DNA of 64,000 nucleotides from Oculina patagonica (Eukaryota): NCBI RefSeq assembly GCF_052425735.1, contig NC_135759.1, positions 37,386,001 to 37,450,000 of the forward strand, read 5' to 3'. Shown piece by piece: positions 62,571 to 64,000 of this stretch (position 1 is its first letter; each line of letters starts with the position of its first letter). The notes under the pieces were generated by a model. It saw only the letters and a program-made list of their open reading frames with translations, ran no database searches and was not told where the DNA came from. The position numbers and the translations under genes were made by a program.

Positions 62571-64000
62571 GTGGGTGATGTCTGTTTATTGTTTGGCAAA
62601 TGTACACACATTGTACATTTGTGATTGATTTTATTAAATATTGATCAAAACAACCACCAATAGTAGCTTTTCAAAGAATGAACTACCGAAAAGTACAGAA
62701 CGAACTACCGAAAATGAACGAACTACCGAAAAGTACAGTATTGGTTACATTTTTGATAAAACAAGGTGTCTGTTAAATTGGACATTGGTGGTGCACAGTT
62801 CTAAAAATATGCAGATATTGTATCTTATTAGGCCCTGTTATGTTGTCCCACCTGTAAGCAAATAATTATCTTGTTTTATTATAATATGATTCATTTACAA
62901 TCACTGGGTAGTTCCAGCTAACTGTCTAGCATCAACCAAATTTGGAAGATGTTTCTATAATTGGACCATTGACCTAATTATTGTTGGACGATTGATAGTT
63001 GCCAGGTTTGAAAGCTATGACAAAAAAAATTCCAAATTATTACCAGTACATTATAGATAATGAAGATAGCGTAAACACTATAAAAAAAGCTTCGAAAGGA
63101 AGTCACTTGATTTTTAAAGCTTATCTTGAGAAGAAAAACATCCAAAAAGCATTCAATTGGCCGTTCCGAGGTTGCGCAGGGAACTGGGGCGAGTTTCAAA
63201 TTTTAAGTAATCGATAACCTGACACCACCAAATGAAAGATCATGGTAGGATTGGTCATTTGACCAAGTTTGATGCTTTCATGAGGGGACGCAAGTGGCGT
63301 CAACTGTAAGTTCCTGATTTCTTAAGAGGATTAGTTCGCGGTTACCGAAAGTGTTATAATCTGTCAGCAGCATTTGAGTTATCTTCTCATCAGTTGTGTT
63401 ATATTACATGGATCAATTTCCATTCTGGCGGCAGAATAAATTATAATGTTCGCGGCGAATTCTGCTTTGGCAGGAAATTGGGGAAAGACAGAAGAAGCTC
63501 ATCTAGCAAGAATGATTTCTAGATACTTTGATGTCGCGTAAACGTTTCGACCTTTTAAGATTTAAGTTGTTTTCGCCTTATGCAAGATGATCATTTCTAT
63601 GTTCTGTCGATCGATCATTCATGTGGATTTACAAAGTGAAAATTACGGTGAGTTTGCAGCAGCGAGTTGCGGTGACGCTGGCGCCTTCCACGCAGAAAGT
63701 CGTTCAAAATCCTAAATATCTTACGACATATTGCAAATGGTTCGGTTGCACGTAGTTCAGTTTTTCAGTCATACACAAGAAACGCTTTAAATATAATCAT
63801 GGCCCGGGATATCACGTCATGGATCATTAATAAGGAGGTCGCCAGGTAAGTCAATCCATTAAACATTACTATTTTTAGGTCATGGTCAGTAAATTGAAGA
63901 TTCCATCTTGTTGTAACATTTGGTCAGACTCTTGTTACAAAAACGGGCTCATTTTATTTGCGATGCATTATGTTTCGCTACATTCATTTTCTATTCGTTC

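Overview
This is an AT-rich animal genomic window, probably an anthozoan such as a stony coral. That call is an inference from the repeat types and gene style; it is not a prokaryotic window. I reconstructed seven intron-containing genes by hand from GT-AG junctions. They are a cysteine-rich serum-amyloid-A-like secreted precursor (-), a CD225/dispanin protein (+), SMU1 (-, 12 exons, 513 aa), a MIF4G-domain protein (+, head-to-head with SMU1), an MS4A/CD20-like tetraspan (+), riboflavin kinase RFK (-) and the first exon of TDRKH (+). Introns and intergenic DNA are full of MITEs, tRNA-derived SINEs and LINE fragments. Four observations stand out. (1) A second, diverged but codon-conserved RFK first exon would swap the nucleotide-binding N-terminus and sits on the TDRKH promoter. 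(2) The SAA-like protein has a toxin/AMP-style prepro-architecture and 6 Cys. (3) A family of 23-1232 bp palindromic elements has 9-10 bp TSDs, and one carries a RecQ-helicase remnant (AcademH-like). (4) TACATGTA is strongly over-represented within genes, and one TACAGCTGTA looks like a transposon excision footprint. All homology calls are from memory, not from database searches.
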